A stretch of 64,000 nt of DNA from Mycoplasma sp. CAG:877 (GCA_000433455.1 HF992498.1:49922-113921); one strand, 5' to 3'; shown: positions 49,911-59,042, counted from the first letter of the stretch. Notes: generated by a model not told the origin, from the sequence alone. Made by a program: numbers and translations.

Positions 49911-50870
49911 TTATTCATAAACTTTATTGAAATATTCTTTTATAAAATCTATGCTAATAGTACCACTATTTACAGAATTTATCCACGGATCTTCATCATG
50001 AGTTAAGTCAATTAAGGAACCAGCTTCTATTTGGCCATAGCTTGATACAACCAATTCAATTATTTTCTTTAGTCCATCACAAACTTCATAATCTGTTTTA
50101 GGTGTAGCAATTGGATTACGACCTTTATATTGCTGATAAACTTCTTCTACTACTGGTCCATATTGCCATGCAGATATGCTATTTGAAAACGCTGGTTTTC
50201 CATATATTCTTAAAGCCATTCCTTGAATGTAATATAATAATTTTTGAAGTTTTAAAGGAGTAATATACTCAGCAGCTCCACAATTATCTTCTATTCCATA
50301 TTTCTTACTAACATTATCAATCTGAGTATTATATTCAATAATTAATTGATTAGTAACATAATTAATTGATTCAGTTTCAAAATTCAAATTTATATAATCA
50401 TTAATATTAAAATCTGCAATTTTATGGTGTTTTAACCTTTTTAATGCACTCACTTTTTTTAGAAAGCTACTAAAATCATTATCAGATAAATTAGCTTGAT
50501 TTTTAATCAATAAATTATACATGATATCAGGATCTTCGCTAAGTCTTATAATTGAATCAACTGACTCAGTTTGTATAGAACCATTTTCAAATCTATGTAT
50601 TGTAATTTCACCAACACCAATTGATAAAGCAAACTCTTTTTGATTCATATCATATTTTTTTCTTATATTTTTAATTTCTGAAGAAGTTAATAAATTCATT
50701 TGCTTTTTATATATGTCATATAATCTGGCATCATTTTCAATTTCTATGTTTCTATCAAACACTTCTTCTCCTGTTGTAGGGTCAATCATGTAGTATTCAT
50801 CAAATTCTATAATTTTCCCCTTAACATTAGCTTCAATTCTCCTTGTTTTAACATTTTCTCTACTATCCAT
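49911..50870 (-). CDS. Antitoxin: MqsA-like (zinc-less) N-domain + XRE HTH fused to Panacea (DUF4065/SocA-like) domain
   Basis: The HTH is IKNIRKKYDMNQKEFALSIGVGEITIHRFENGSIQ. The Panacea core is LKLQKLLYYIQGMALRIYGKPAFSNSISAWQYGPVVEEVY. The RBS is AGGAGGGA. Confidence 0.65.
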   Translation of the reverse strand: MDSRENVKTRRIEANVKGKIIEFDEYYMIDPTTGEEVFDRNIEIENDARLYDIYKKQMNLLTSSEIKNIRKKYDMNQKEFALSIGVGEITIHRFENGSIQTESVDSIIRLSEDPDIMYNLLIKNQANLSDNDFSSFLKKVSALKRLKHHKIADFNINDYINLNFETESINYVTNQLIIEYNTQIDNVSKKYGIEDNCGAAEYITPLKLQKLLYYIQGMALRIYGKPAFSNSISAWQYGPVVEEVYQQYKGRNPIATPKTDYEVCDGLKKIIELVVSSYGQIEAGSLIDLTHDEDPWINSVNSGTISIDFIKEYFNKVYE

Positions 50871-50881
50871 ATTTATCCCTC

Positions 50882-51190
50882 CTAATTTTCATCCTCATGA
50901 CAAGATAATATCTTAATTTGATTATTCTTATACTTCAATTTAGTATAAAATATAACATTAGGTATTATCTCTTTCTTAAAGATGAATAATTCTTCCCCTG
51001 GGCAATCTCGATCTGGTTCTGGTCCTTTGTATAAATCCTCTGCTTCTAAACTGGCAATATAATCTTCAATGTCATATTGTGATAATCCATATTTACGCTT
51101 TGAATTTCTATTTTTTACTGTTGGAACCATGTCATAATTTCCAGATTTTATGGATGATTTTGTTTTTACTAATATTTCTGACACTTCCAA
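50882..51190 (-). CDS. MqsR-like toxin candidate
   Basis: 102 aa, upstream of the antitoxin as in mqsRA. The ..EDLYKGPEPD..ELFIFKKEI..VIFYTKLKYKNNQIKILSCHED layout resembles the MqsR C-terminal beta-sheet pattern. TTG start behind GGTGAT. Confidence 0.5.
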   Translation of the reverse strand: MEVSEILVKTKSSIKSGNYDMVPTVKNRNSKRKYGLSQYDIEDYIASLEAEDLYKGPEPDRDCPGEELFIFKKEIIPNVIFYTKLKYKNNQIKILSCHEDEN

Positions 51191-51207
51191 TTCATATCAC
51201 CAATTAT

Positions 51208-51246
51208 AGTATACACCATTTTTAAAAAATTATCAATTGATAATTT
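51208..51246 (-). promoter_or_regulatory. Promoter overlapped by a perfect 20-bp palindrome (likely antitoxin operator)
   Basis: AAATTATCAATTGATAATTT at 51227-51246 is its own reverse complement. On the minus strand, TTGATA (51231-51236), a 17-nt spacer and TATACT (51208-51213) form the promoter. Confidence 0.55.
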
Positions 51247-51310
51247 GAAAATATATAATATATTTAAATATATGTTTTGTCAAGTCCTTTCAATACTATT
51301 TTTAACTATA

Positions 51311-51499
51311 TTACTTTACTATTGACATTTCCTCATAATCTTCTTCGTTACCAATTCTTTTTAAATAATCTTTACCTCCATCAATTGCTACTGTTCCACA
51401 TGAACATCTTTTATAATCATTAGTGCTTTTCGATTCTATAATATTTCCACATTTTTTACATTTAATTTTATTACTAATTATTTCTTCTTTCTTTTCCAT
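51311..51499 (-). CDS. Small zinc-ribbon protein (CxxC..CxC)
   Basis: 62 aa, KCKKCGNIIES..YKRCSCGTVAIDGGKDYLKRIG. The RBS is GGAGGAGA. Confidence 0.55.
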   Translation of the reverse strand: MEKKEEIISNKIKCKKCGNIIESKSTNDYKRCSCGTVAIDGGKDYLKRIGNEEDYEEMSIVK

Positions 51500-51697
51500 A
51501 AGTCATCTCCTCCATAATAATTATACCATGATCTTGTAACGATTATATCTTACCGTTTGCGGAATAATGTTATTTTCTCATTCATACGAATCATTTATAT
51601 TTTATCCGTATCATTGTTAAAATTAAAAATCCATTGAAGATTTTTGCCGTTTACGTCACTTTTCTTCAATGAACTATTTTTAAAATCTAATTTTTTT

Positions 51698-51719
51698 GTA
51701 CCTAAATTGTACCTAAAAT
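51698..51719 (+). repeat. Direct-repeat motif GTACCTAAATT-GTACCTAAAAT (copy 1 of 3)
   Basis: The same double motif recurs at 51922-51944 and 60726-60745. Confidence 0.7.
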
Positions 51720-51921
51720 TATTTTAGCAATACTGATACCTCGCAAGTCCTTATAAAATGGGCACAAAAAATGAGAACACGGTTAAATGCTCTCTTCAGG
51801 GGGCAAAAATATATCACACACAAAATAAATTATTACTAGTTAAAAGCCTTATATTATAAGCATTTATAAATTATAACTAATTACAAAATTTTAAATATAA
51901 TTATCAAATTTTAAAATTTGA

Positions 51922-51944
51922 GTACCTAAATGGGTACCTAAAAT
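51922..51944 (+). repeat. Direct-repeat motif GTACCTAAATGG-GTACCTAAAAT (copy 2 of 3)
   Basis: Lies ~50 bp upstream of the TnpV pseudogene start. Confidence 0.7.
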
Positions 51945-51991
51945 TGATAATACTATTATTAATTCTTCATAGAAATGAAAGGATAAATATT

Positions 51992-52354
51992 ATGAATATA
52001 ACTTATACAAAATGTGGTGATTATTTATTACCAAATTTAATACTTGCTGAAAAAGAAAATAAACTTTTAAATAAATATGGATTATTAAGATTATAATACT
52101 TAAAAAGTAATAAGAAAGCATTATATCAAGAATTACTTATGAAAAACAAATTGAATGAGCATCTTTTTTCAGTCAGTATAATAGCTGAAGATAGAATTAA
52201 TAACATAGTTAATAACTTAATAGAATTAGATTCATCAATTACGTAAAAATTGAAATCTGAAAATCAATTACTATGGGTTCAAAAAATGAATAATTGTAAA
52301 AATACTGCTGAAGAAATTGTTTTAAAGAAAATTATTTATGGAGATGAAATATGA
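51992..52354 (+). pseudogene. TnpV-family gene with two in-frame TAA codons
   Basis: MNITYTKCGDYLLPNLILAEKENKLLNKYGLLRL*YLKSNKKALYQELLMKNKLNEHL..SSIT*KLKSENQLLWVQKMNNCKNTAEEIVLKKIIYGDEI matches the TnpV pattern. The stops are at 52094-52096 and 52244-52246. Confidence 0.65.
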
Positions 52355-52662
52355 TTAAAGGTAAAGAAGATATTACAGATAAAGAATTTGAAGAAATATT
52401 ATTACCATTCTATAACAACTATAATGAATATCTTATTAAATTTGTAATACCTGACGCAATAGCATTTTATTTAGCAAATGGATATAGTAGAAATTGTTTA
52501 TCAGATTGTCCATTAATCAATCATATTAATTCAGCACTTGATATATTTAATGTTAGATGTAATGTTGATGAATTAATGTCTGAAATAGACTTAGTTTTAA
52601 AAATAAAATATAATCTTAAAATTGCAAAAAATAATCCACTAAAATTAATAGAAGTTCTATAA
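52351..52662 (+). CDS. Hypothetical protein
   Basis: 103-aa ORF with an ATGA overlap with the TnpV frame. No motif recognised. Confidence 0.4.
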   Translation: MIKGKEDITDKEFEEILLPFYNNYNEYLIKFVIPDAIAFYLANGYSRNCLSDCPLINHINSALDIFNVRCNVDELMSEIDLVLKIKYNLKIAKNNPLKLIEVL

Positions 52663-52665
52663 AGA

Positions 52666-52696
52666 AAAGCACTATCTAAATTTAGATAGTGCTTTT
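52666..52696. terminator. Strong hairpin terminator
   Basis: AAAGCACTATCTAAA/TTTAGATAGTGCTTT is a perfect palindrome followed by T. Confidence 0.6.
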
Positions 52697-52720
52697 AACT
52701 TATATTTGGGATTAATATCA

Positions 52721-52786
52721 TTGCCTAGCCAGCACTGAATTTGCACTCCCGTACGAAATTCAAATGTGGGAAAATCCCAAACCCTT
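52721..52786. repeat. Inverted repeat IR-A (partner of 59825..59889)
   Basis: The reverse complement reads aagggtttgggattttcccacatttgaatttcgtacgggagtgcaaattcagtgctggctaggcaa. IR-B reads aagggtttaggcattcccacatacgaatttcgtacaggagtacaaattcattgctttctagacaa. By hand count, roughly 54 of 66 aligned positions are identical. Confidence 0.8.
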
Positions 52787-55128
52787 TATGTATTGTTTAT
52801 TTGATTAATTCTGTCATAGTCAGTTGATAATAATTCAAATTGACCATTATAATCTTTTTTAATAAATTTTATTATAGCTTTACAACTTTCAATATAGTGA
52901 TTGTCTTCAAAATGTTCACCATCATGTACTTCATCTATTGTAGCATGAGAACCTTTATTAACTATTTTCATTAGAGATTGTAATGCAACTTTTGAAATAT
53001 CATAATCAGAAATATTATTGGATATATTATCAATTATTTTATTTAAATAATATTTAGAAGACGTAGATTCATTATCGTTAATTGGATATTCAAATCTAGA
53101 AATTGTTTCTAATACATATCTACAGTAATTATGAATATACAGTTTTTGTTTTTTATCAATTGTATTCGTCTTGTATATTTTAAATATTTCTTTCAATTTT
53201 TCTAGATATATTGAGTCAAGATTTTCGTTATCAATAATTATTTTAGTTTTACCATTAACTTCAGTTAAATTAAGATATGTTGCTGTTTTTTTATAATCAA
53301 ACTTAAATAAATTCATGAACAAAGTATTATGAGAAGATATTATAAACTGAGAATTAGGATTTTCTTCTATTATATTATTTATATAATTATATATTCCATA
53401 TAAATTTGGATAATCAACTGATGATATAGGATCATCAATCAAAATTATATTTTTTTCATTTTCCGAATAATATAATTCTAACTCTGCAATAAATAAAGAA
53501 AATGCAACAATACTTTTCTCGCCATTACTCAATAACTTATCTACGCAAAAACTAACTTTCTCTCCATTTAAACATAAATCGAATTCTTCATCTACTCTAT
53601 AATTACTAATGTTAAAATCATCTAAAATGTCATTCATTTTTTTCAACAAAATATTTTTTTCTCTAAGTTCTTTTTCATATTCTTCTTTCAAAGGTTTTAA
53701 TTCTTCAATAATTTGTTTTATTTTATTTTCAGAGTCAATTAATTGTTTTATATCATCTTTCATTGACTCATAAGTTAAATAAATAGCAACATTTTGAAAA
53801 TAGTCATCATTTCTTCGAGTTTTATCACTTGTTGAACTATCAACTTTTTTATTGATATCATTAATATTTTTTGTTAAATCACTATATAATTTTTGAATAT
53901 CATTCAATTCTGTAACATCAACATTATCTATAGATTTACTACTATCAACGAATAAGTAATTATCTAAACTTTTTTGTTTTAGTATATTTACTATTTTATC
54001 TAAATATAAATTCAGCTTATTTTCTAAAGAGTTAATCTGATTATATAAATTACTTTTGAAAATACTATCTAAATATTGTGCATTAGTTTTTACTAACTCA
54101 AAAGAATGTTTTGAATTGTTTTTATAATTACTAAATCTATTTATTTCGCTAGTTAAATATGTTTTCATCTTATTAATTCTACTATCAACATAATCTTTAT
54201 ACATATTAACTAATTCATTTCCTTTTATATCAGACCCACAAAATGGACAGCTATCATTAGTAATATGGCTAACACCATCTAATTTCCATTTTCTGAGTTC
54301 TTCACTTAAACTGTCTAAAATTTCACGAGCTGATTTTGTCTTTGTCTCATCTTCGTTAAAAGTCAATGATTTATTAACATTAATAATATCTTGTTCTATA
54401 GAAGGAAGATCTAAGAAATCAATGTTTAAATGTATTTTGTTACTATCATTTAAATCTTTAAGACTTTGTATATATTTAATATGTTCTAACCTTTTTTTAT
54501 TTAAATCATCTATAACTTCTTTTTCTTGTGGATTTATTAATTTTAATTTTTCTATTGCAAACATTGAATAATTTTTATTATTATCTTTAGTAGAAGTATC
54601 TTTTTTTAGGTTTTCAATATTATCCTTTATTTGTTTGTTTATTTTTTCTACAAGTTCTTCTTTGCGCTTTTGTTCTATTTTACCAATTTTTATTTTATCT
54701 AAATATTTAGTTTTTGACTGTAATTCTACACCATAATTTAGATTTTTTTCTTGAAATTTGTTATTTTTAAAGTCTTCTTGATATGTAATTTTTAAGTCAA
54801 TATATTCTTGATTAAAAACTGGTATCTTAATTGGATTTATAATGCTATTCCCTGTAAAAATATTAGATGTATTATTATCAAAATTAATTTTTACATTTAA
54901 ATCTTTTATAGCTCTTTTTGTCTTTAATTGTAATAAATCATCAATGTATTCTTTTCCCTCTATATATTTATTATTAGTATAAAAAAGTTTTGAAATAGAA
55001 CTTTTTCCACTACCATTTTTACCATAAATGAATATACAATTTGTCTTTTTATCACTTGGAATTTTTATTTCTTGAGAATCAATAAATTTTGTAAATGAAC
55101 TTTCAATATTAATACTTGTTATCTTCAT
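52786..55128 (-). CDS. AAA_13-type ABC/SMC-like ATPase, RloC/PrrC-like
   Basis: Walker A YGKNGSGKSS, a long coiled-coil insert with zinc-hook-like CPFCGSDI, ABC signature LSNGEKSIVAFSLF, and Walker B IILIDDPISSVD. The C-terminal region has CRYVLE and VNKGSH. Confidence 0.6.
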   Translation of the reverse strand: MKITSINIESSFTKFIDSQEIKIPSDKKTNCIFIYGKNGSGKSSISKLFYTNNKYIEGKEYIDDLLQLKTKRAIKDLNVKINFDNNTSNIFTGNSIINPIKIPVFNQEYIDLKITYQEDFKNNKFQEKNLNYGVELQSKTKYLDKIKIGKIEQKRKEELVEKINKQIKDNIENLKKDTSTKDNNKNYSMFAIEKLKLINPQEKEVIDDLNKKRLEHIKYIQSLKDLNDSNKIHLNIDFLDLPSIEQDIINVNKSLTFNEDETKTKSAREILDSLSEELRKWKLDGVSHITNDSCPFCGSDIKGNELVNMYKDYVDSRINKMKTYLTSEINRFSNYKNNSKHSFELVKTNAQYLDSIFKSNLYNQINSLENKLNLYLDKIVNILKQKSLDNYLFVDSSKSIDNVDVTELNDIQKLYSDLTKNINDINKKVDSSTSDKTRRNDDYFQNVAIYLTYESMKDDIKQLIDSENKIKQIIEELKPLKEEYEKELREKNILLKKMNDILDDFNISNYRVDEEFDLCLNGEKVSFCVDKLLSNGEKSIVAFSLFIAELELYYSENEKNIILIDDPISSVDYPNLYGIYNYINNIIEENPNSQFIISSHNTLFMNLFKFDYKKTATYLNLTEVNGKTKIIIDNENLDSIYLEKLKEIFKIYKTNTIDKKQKLYIHNYCRYVLETISRFEYPINDNESTSSKYYLNKIIDNISNNISDYDISKVALQSLMKIVNKGSHATIDEVHDGEHFEDNHYIESCKAIIKFIKKDYNGQFELLSTDYDRINQINNT

Positions 55129-55208
55129 ATTTTACCTCTTAAATCTTAAACTTTTAATTTATAGGCATATTTCAGCCATTTTTATATATACTATTAAAGA
55201 CATAGTTA

Positions 55209-55237
55209 TTGACAAATACTAAATTATTTGCTATATT
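55209..55237 (+). promoter_or_regulatory. Consensus-like sigmaA promoter of the intergenic sRNA candidate
   Basis: TTGACA (55209-55214), a 17-nt spacer, then TATATT (55232-55237). Confidence 0.6.
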
Positions 55238-55243
55238 AATTAT

Positions 55244-55320
55244 GTCAAAAGCAATCAATTTGCTTGGGGTTCGTGGTATCGCGGACGGTAAGAACTGGTT
55301 TAACCAGTTCTTATTTTTTT
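55244..55320 (+). ncRNA. ~77-nt structured sRNA candidate, opposite in orientation to the flanking defence genes
   Basis: Three hairpins: AAGCAA-tcaat-TTGCTT; GTTCGTG-gtat-CGCGGAC (with G-U pairs); and the terminator AAGAACTGG-tttaa-CCAGTTCTT + ATTTTTTT. No RBS. Confidence 0.5.
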
Positions 55321-55322
55321 GC

Positions 55323-56168
55323 TTAAGGAAATATTTTTATTCCCTTATTTTTATAATTTGGATATCCATCAATCTTATCTTCAAATGTTAAAAATGCTTT
55401 ATCTTTTGAATTTCTTTTTACATATTTATGAATTGGATAAGAAAATAAATCTGTTATCTCAAGTCCAACATAAGTAGAACTATATTCTTCATTCCATTTA
55501 GGATTAAAGTATACTCCATCAATTTTAGTTTGCAATTCTTTTGAACTTATTTTTTTAGTACCTGTTTTATTAATAACTTTACTAATGTGTTCTAATAATT
55601 CTTTGTCTTCCTCTTTTCCTCTAGCCTCAAGCATTATTACTCCCTTTTTATTATTATCAGTTGCATAAATATATCTTTCCAACAAAAAATCAAATGCCAC
55701 ATTATAAACATTATGTGTATATCCTTTTTTTAAATATTCATACAAATTAATACTAATTGAAATTATTTTACATTTTATATTCTTCATTGAATTAGTCAAA
55801 TCAACCATAAACTCGTCATAATTGATAACACTATCATTAAAGCAATTATCATGTTTTCTTATATCTCTTGAATGAAAGCATACAGCTCTATCTTGTTTCA
55901 ATTTAGTATCATAAAACATTCCATTTTTCCAATAATTATTTTTTAATAAATTTATTATTTTTTTCGAGTCCATATATTCTTTCTTTGTAAAAATACACCC
56001 AGTAATGGTAAAGTACTTATCATCTTCTGACACCTCTTTATCATTAGATATTTGCTTTAATACATAAGTTAAATTACTACTGCTACCATTTTCATCAATA
56101 CACATAACATAATCTATATCTTTTTTCATTAATAAAATTTTAGTAGGCTTTTCACTCCATTTTGACAT
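55323..56168 (-). CDS. DUF3800-family protein
   Basis: The N-terminal ..YVMCIDENGSS.. matches the DUF3800 DE(S/N)G motif. 281 aa; RBS GAGGTG. It starts 25 nt after the R-M gene stop. Confidence 0.55.
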   Translation of the reverse strand: MSKWSEKPTKILLMKKDIDYVMCIDENGSSSNLTYVLKQISNDKEVSEDDKYFTITGCIFTKKEYMDSKKIINLLKNNYWKNGMFYDTKLKQDRAVCFHSRDIRKHDNCFNDSVINYDEFMVDLTNSMKNIKCKIISISINLYEYLKKGYTHNVYNVAFDFLLERYIYATDNNKKGVIMLEARGKEEDKELLEHISKVINKTGTKKISSKELQTKIDGVYFNPKWNEEYSSTYVGLEITDLFSYPIHKYVKRNSKDKAFLTFEDKIDGYPNYKNKGIKIFP

Positions 56169-56193
56169 ATCTTACACCTCATTTCAATTACTA

Positions 56194-58977
56194 TTAACTC
56201 TTTTCAGTTAATAATTGATACATTTTCATCAGTTCAGCTACACATTCTGATTCAGTCATAATTTTCCAATTAAATCCATACGCTTCCATTACAGCAACAT
56301 CGTTTGCTTGATGAGCTTTTCTTAATTCCACGGGCATGGTTAATTCATCATATAGATCAGCAAGGGAACTATTTGGATATTTTGCTCTAGCATCTAATAT
56401 CATTTGTGCTGTTTGTTCAATTTTATCTCTTTGTTGAGATGTTGGATTAGGTAATGGAAAATTATTATAGACAATATCTTTTGAATATCTATAGTCGCTT
56501 TTTAGTCTACCACAAACAGTTCTTGTCCAAGACATATGTACATTTGATGTTAAAATTCCAAAATCATATAAATCAGCATTAGGAATAATCAATGTACCCA
56601 TTACTGGAATAGTTTTATCGTCCAAGAATCCGATTGGTATATATCTTCTTCTTTCTGATGAAACACAAGGTATTATTAGATAACTTTTTGGATTAATTTG
56701 TTCTCTAAATAATGTTGGAGTGTTTGCTAACTTTAATGATTCCTCAGTATTTGCCTTTATTCTATCTTCTCTACATTTATTTACTCTTTCTAATACTAAA
56801 GGCATACTTCTCAACTCACTAGGTTCACATCCAACTAACCATAAACAATATCTTTCTTTATTATTAATAAATTCTTGAGCCCCGACCATCCTCTTTATCC
56901 ATTTTTTTGATTGTGGACATTTTGATATAAAATCAGTATATTCATTCTTTTCAATTTTTAAATTATTGTAATCACAAGGCTTATTAGGAGCAATCATCTT
57001 TTTTCTTAAATCAAATGGCTTATTTCTGCTTTCAATAAAAACATTAGGTGCAGATACTAAATAAGGATTAATATTATTAGTTTTTAATACTTTACCGTTA
57101 TCAAATATAATTTTTTTATCTACAAGATTTTTACAACTAAAACCAATTATTACACAATGAACATGTGCTTTTAGGCTTGCTTCACTATCCCATCTAAATG
57201 TACGATGAGCAAAATTTATAGTAATTCCCATTTCTATAATAGGTTTCCATATAATTCCAGTTTGCTCTCCTTGAGTTATCGAATTAGTGGAAACAAACGC
57301 ACATTTAATTTCAGTTTCTAAAATATATTTAGACGCTAAATAAAACCAGCATGTAACATAATCTAGTGTCCTATATTTAATTTTAGAATTATTTTCAAAA
57401 ACATAATCCATATCCAACTTTTGCTCTTTATCTGAATATTTAGAACCAACAAAAGGTGGATTACCCATTATATAACTACATTTATTATTTGAAATAACAT
57501 CGTTCCAATTTATTCTTAAAGCATTTTCCTCAACTATATTATCATAAGTTTCTAATGGTAAAAAATCACTTATATTTGTAAAACTAGATATTATCTTTTT
57601 AGTTTCAGTCCACATTTGAGCTTCTGCAATCCAAAGTGCAGTTTTAGCAACTTTAACAGCAAAATCATTTACCTCTATTCCATAAAATTGTTGAATTGAA
57701 ACGTTTATTGTATCAGCTATATCCAACATCATCATACCTTTAGACATAGCTGATAACATTTCATTTTCCAATCTTCTTAAAGATAAGTATGTTTCTGTTA
57801 AAAAGTTACCTGAACCACAAGCCGGGTCTAAAAAATTAAGTGATGCTATATAATTTTGAAATTCTATTAATTTCTCATTTCTTGTTTTCTCATTTTTATA
57901 TGCTAATGCATCATCTAATTTTTCTCTTAATTCATTTAAAAACAATGGGTCAATTACTTTATGAATATTTTCAATTGAAGTATAATGCATACCTCCAGAT
58001 CTTCTAGTTTCTGGATTTAATGTTGATTCAAATACTGCACCAAATATAGTTGGAGATATTTCAGACCAATCAAAATCATCAGATGCTTTAGCTAACAAAG
58101 TATCTCTTATCTCTTCAGTAAATAAAGGTATTTCTATATTTTCATTAGAAAACAATCCACCATTAACATAAGGAAATTGGTTTAAATCATCATCTAGATA
58201 AGGATCTCTATCTTCTAATTTTGTATCTAAAATTTTAAATAGTTCAATTAAATTTTTCCTCATTAAAACTAAATTATCATATTTACTTAAATAATCATGA
58301 AAAACATTTTTTCTTCCAAATAAGCCTGCATCTTCAGCATATAAACAAAATACTAATCTAACGCATAATTCATTTAAATCTTTTTGTGACTGCTCATTAG
58401 TTATATCTTTATATTGCTTAGAAAAAGCATCATAAAGTTTTCCAACTAATTCACCTGCTTTAAATGATAATTCTTCCTCTTTTTTTAAATGCTCGCTTTT
58501 TTCATCTACTAAAAATGATAAACGATAATATTCTTTTGGTAAATTTTTTAATAGTATTTCTTCTGGTTCACTGTTAGGATTATTCATATCATAAACAAGA
58601 AATGATTTAAAATTACATGTAATAACCCATTTTGGATGCTTAGACACAGGAAGTTCAGCAATATATTTTTTTGCTTGTTGAAAAGGATTAAGTAAACTAC
58701 CATCTGATTGTTTTATCGGCTTTCTTAAATCTTTTTCGATACTCTTTTGTTCAATTAATACTTTTGTACTTGGAATGTATCCATCTATAAAACCCGTTGT
58801 TTTATCAATATGAACTTGATCTTCAAATTCAATAAATTCACTAATTTTTTCTACGCCAAACACATCAGTTAATAATGTTGTCCAAAATATTTGTGATTGC
58901 CCCTTTTCATATCCTTTATCTTTCCAAAACTCTGCAAATTCTTTTGCTCTATTCTTTTTTTCTAAATCAGTCATCAT
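56194..58977 (-). CDS. MmeI-family type IIL restriction-modification enzyme (nuclease + N6-adenine methyltransferase + TRD in one chain)
   Basis: 927 aa. N-terminal PD-(D/E)XK (FIDGYIP..VLIEQKS), MTase motif I FLDPACGSGNFL and motif IV GNPPFVG. MmeI-like blocks run throughout: CAFVSTNSITQGEQ, INFAHRTFRW, VHCVIIGF, NINPYL, RRYIPIGF, YRYSKDIVYNNFP, SLADLYD..MP.ELRKAHQ. Confidence 0.85.
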   Translation of the reverse strand: MMTDLEKKNRAKEFAEFWKDKGYEKGQSQIFWTTLLTDVFGVEKISEFIEFEDQVHIDKTTGFIDGYIPSTKVLIEQKSIEKDLRKPIKQSDGSLLNPFQQAKKYIAELPVSKHPKWVITCNFKSFLVYDMNNPNSEPEEILLKNLPKEYYRLSFLVDEKSEHLKKEEELSFKAGELVGKLYDAFSKQYKDITNEQSQKDLNELCVRLVFCLYAEDAGLFGRKNVFHDYLSKYDNLVLMRKNLIELFKILDTKLEDRDPYLDDDLNQFPYVNGGLFSNENIEIPLFTEEIRDTLLAKASDDFDWSEISPTIFGAVFESTLNPETRRSGGMHYTSIENIHKVIDPLFLNELREKLDDALAYKNEKTRNEKLIEFQNYIASLNFLDPACGSGNFLTETYLSLRRLENEMLSAMSKGMMMLDIADTINVSIQQFYGIEVNDFAVKVAKTALWIAEAQMWTETKKIISSFTNISDFLPLETYDNIVEENALRINWNDVISNNKCSYIMGNPPFVGSKYSDKEQKLDMDYVFENNSKIKYRTLDYVTCWFYLASKYILETEIKCAFVSTNSITQGEQTGIIWKPIIEMGITINFAHRTFRWDSEASLKAHVHCVIIGFSCKNLVDKKIIFDNGKVLKTNNINPYLVSAPNVFIESRNKPFDLRKKMIAPNKPCDYNNLKIEKNEYTDFISKCPQSKKWIKRMVGAQEFINNKERYCLWLVGCEPSELRSMPLVLERVNKCREDRIKANTEESLKLANTPTLFREQINPKSYLIIPCVSSERRRYIPIGFLDDKTIPVMGTLIIPNADLYDFGILTSNVHMSWTRTVCGRLKSDYRYSKDIVYNNFPLPNPTSQQRDKIEQTAQMILDARAKYPNSSLADLYDELTMPVELRKAHQANDVAVMEAYGFNWKIMTESECVAELMKMYQLLTEKS

Positions 58978-59042
58978 TAAATACCTCCAATTCTTACTTA
59001 ATTAGTTATAATTTAATTTTTGTTTAAATTGCAATTAACTTC

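Noticed and set aside
52094-52246. Two in-frame TAA codons in TnpV, plus the TAA in the XRE gene, as possible programmed read-through or recoding
   Set aside because: TAA is the commonest genuine stop in this window. There are no downstream recoding signals, and the neighbouring mobility genes are also broken.
55209-55391. 60-aa plus-strand track ORF between the defence genes
   Set aside because: Its start coincides with a -35 box. It has no RBS, contains an intrinsic terminator, and its 3' half overlaps the DUF3800 gene. It is better explained as an sRNA.
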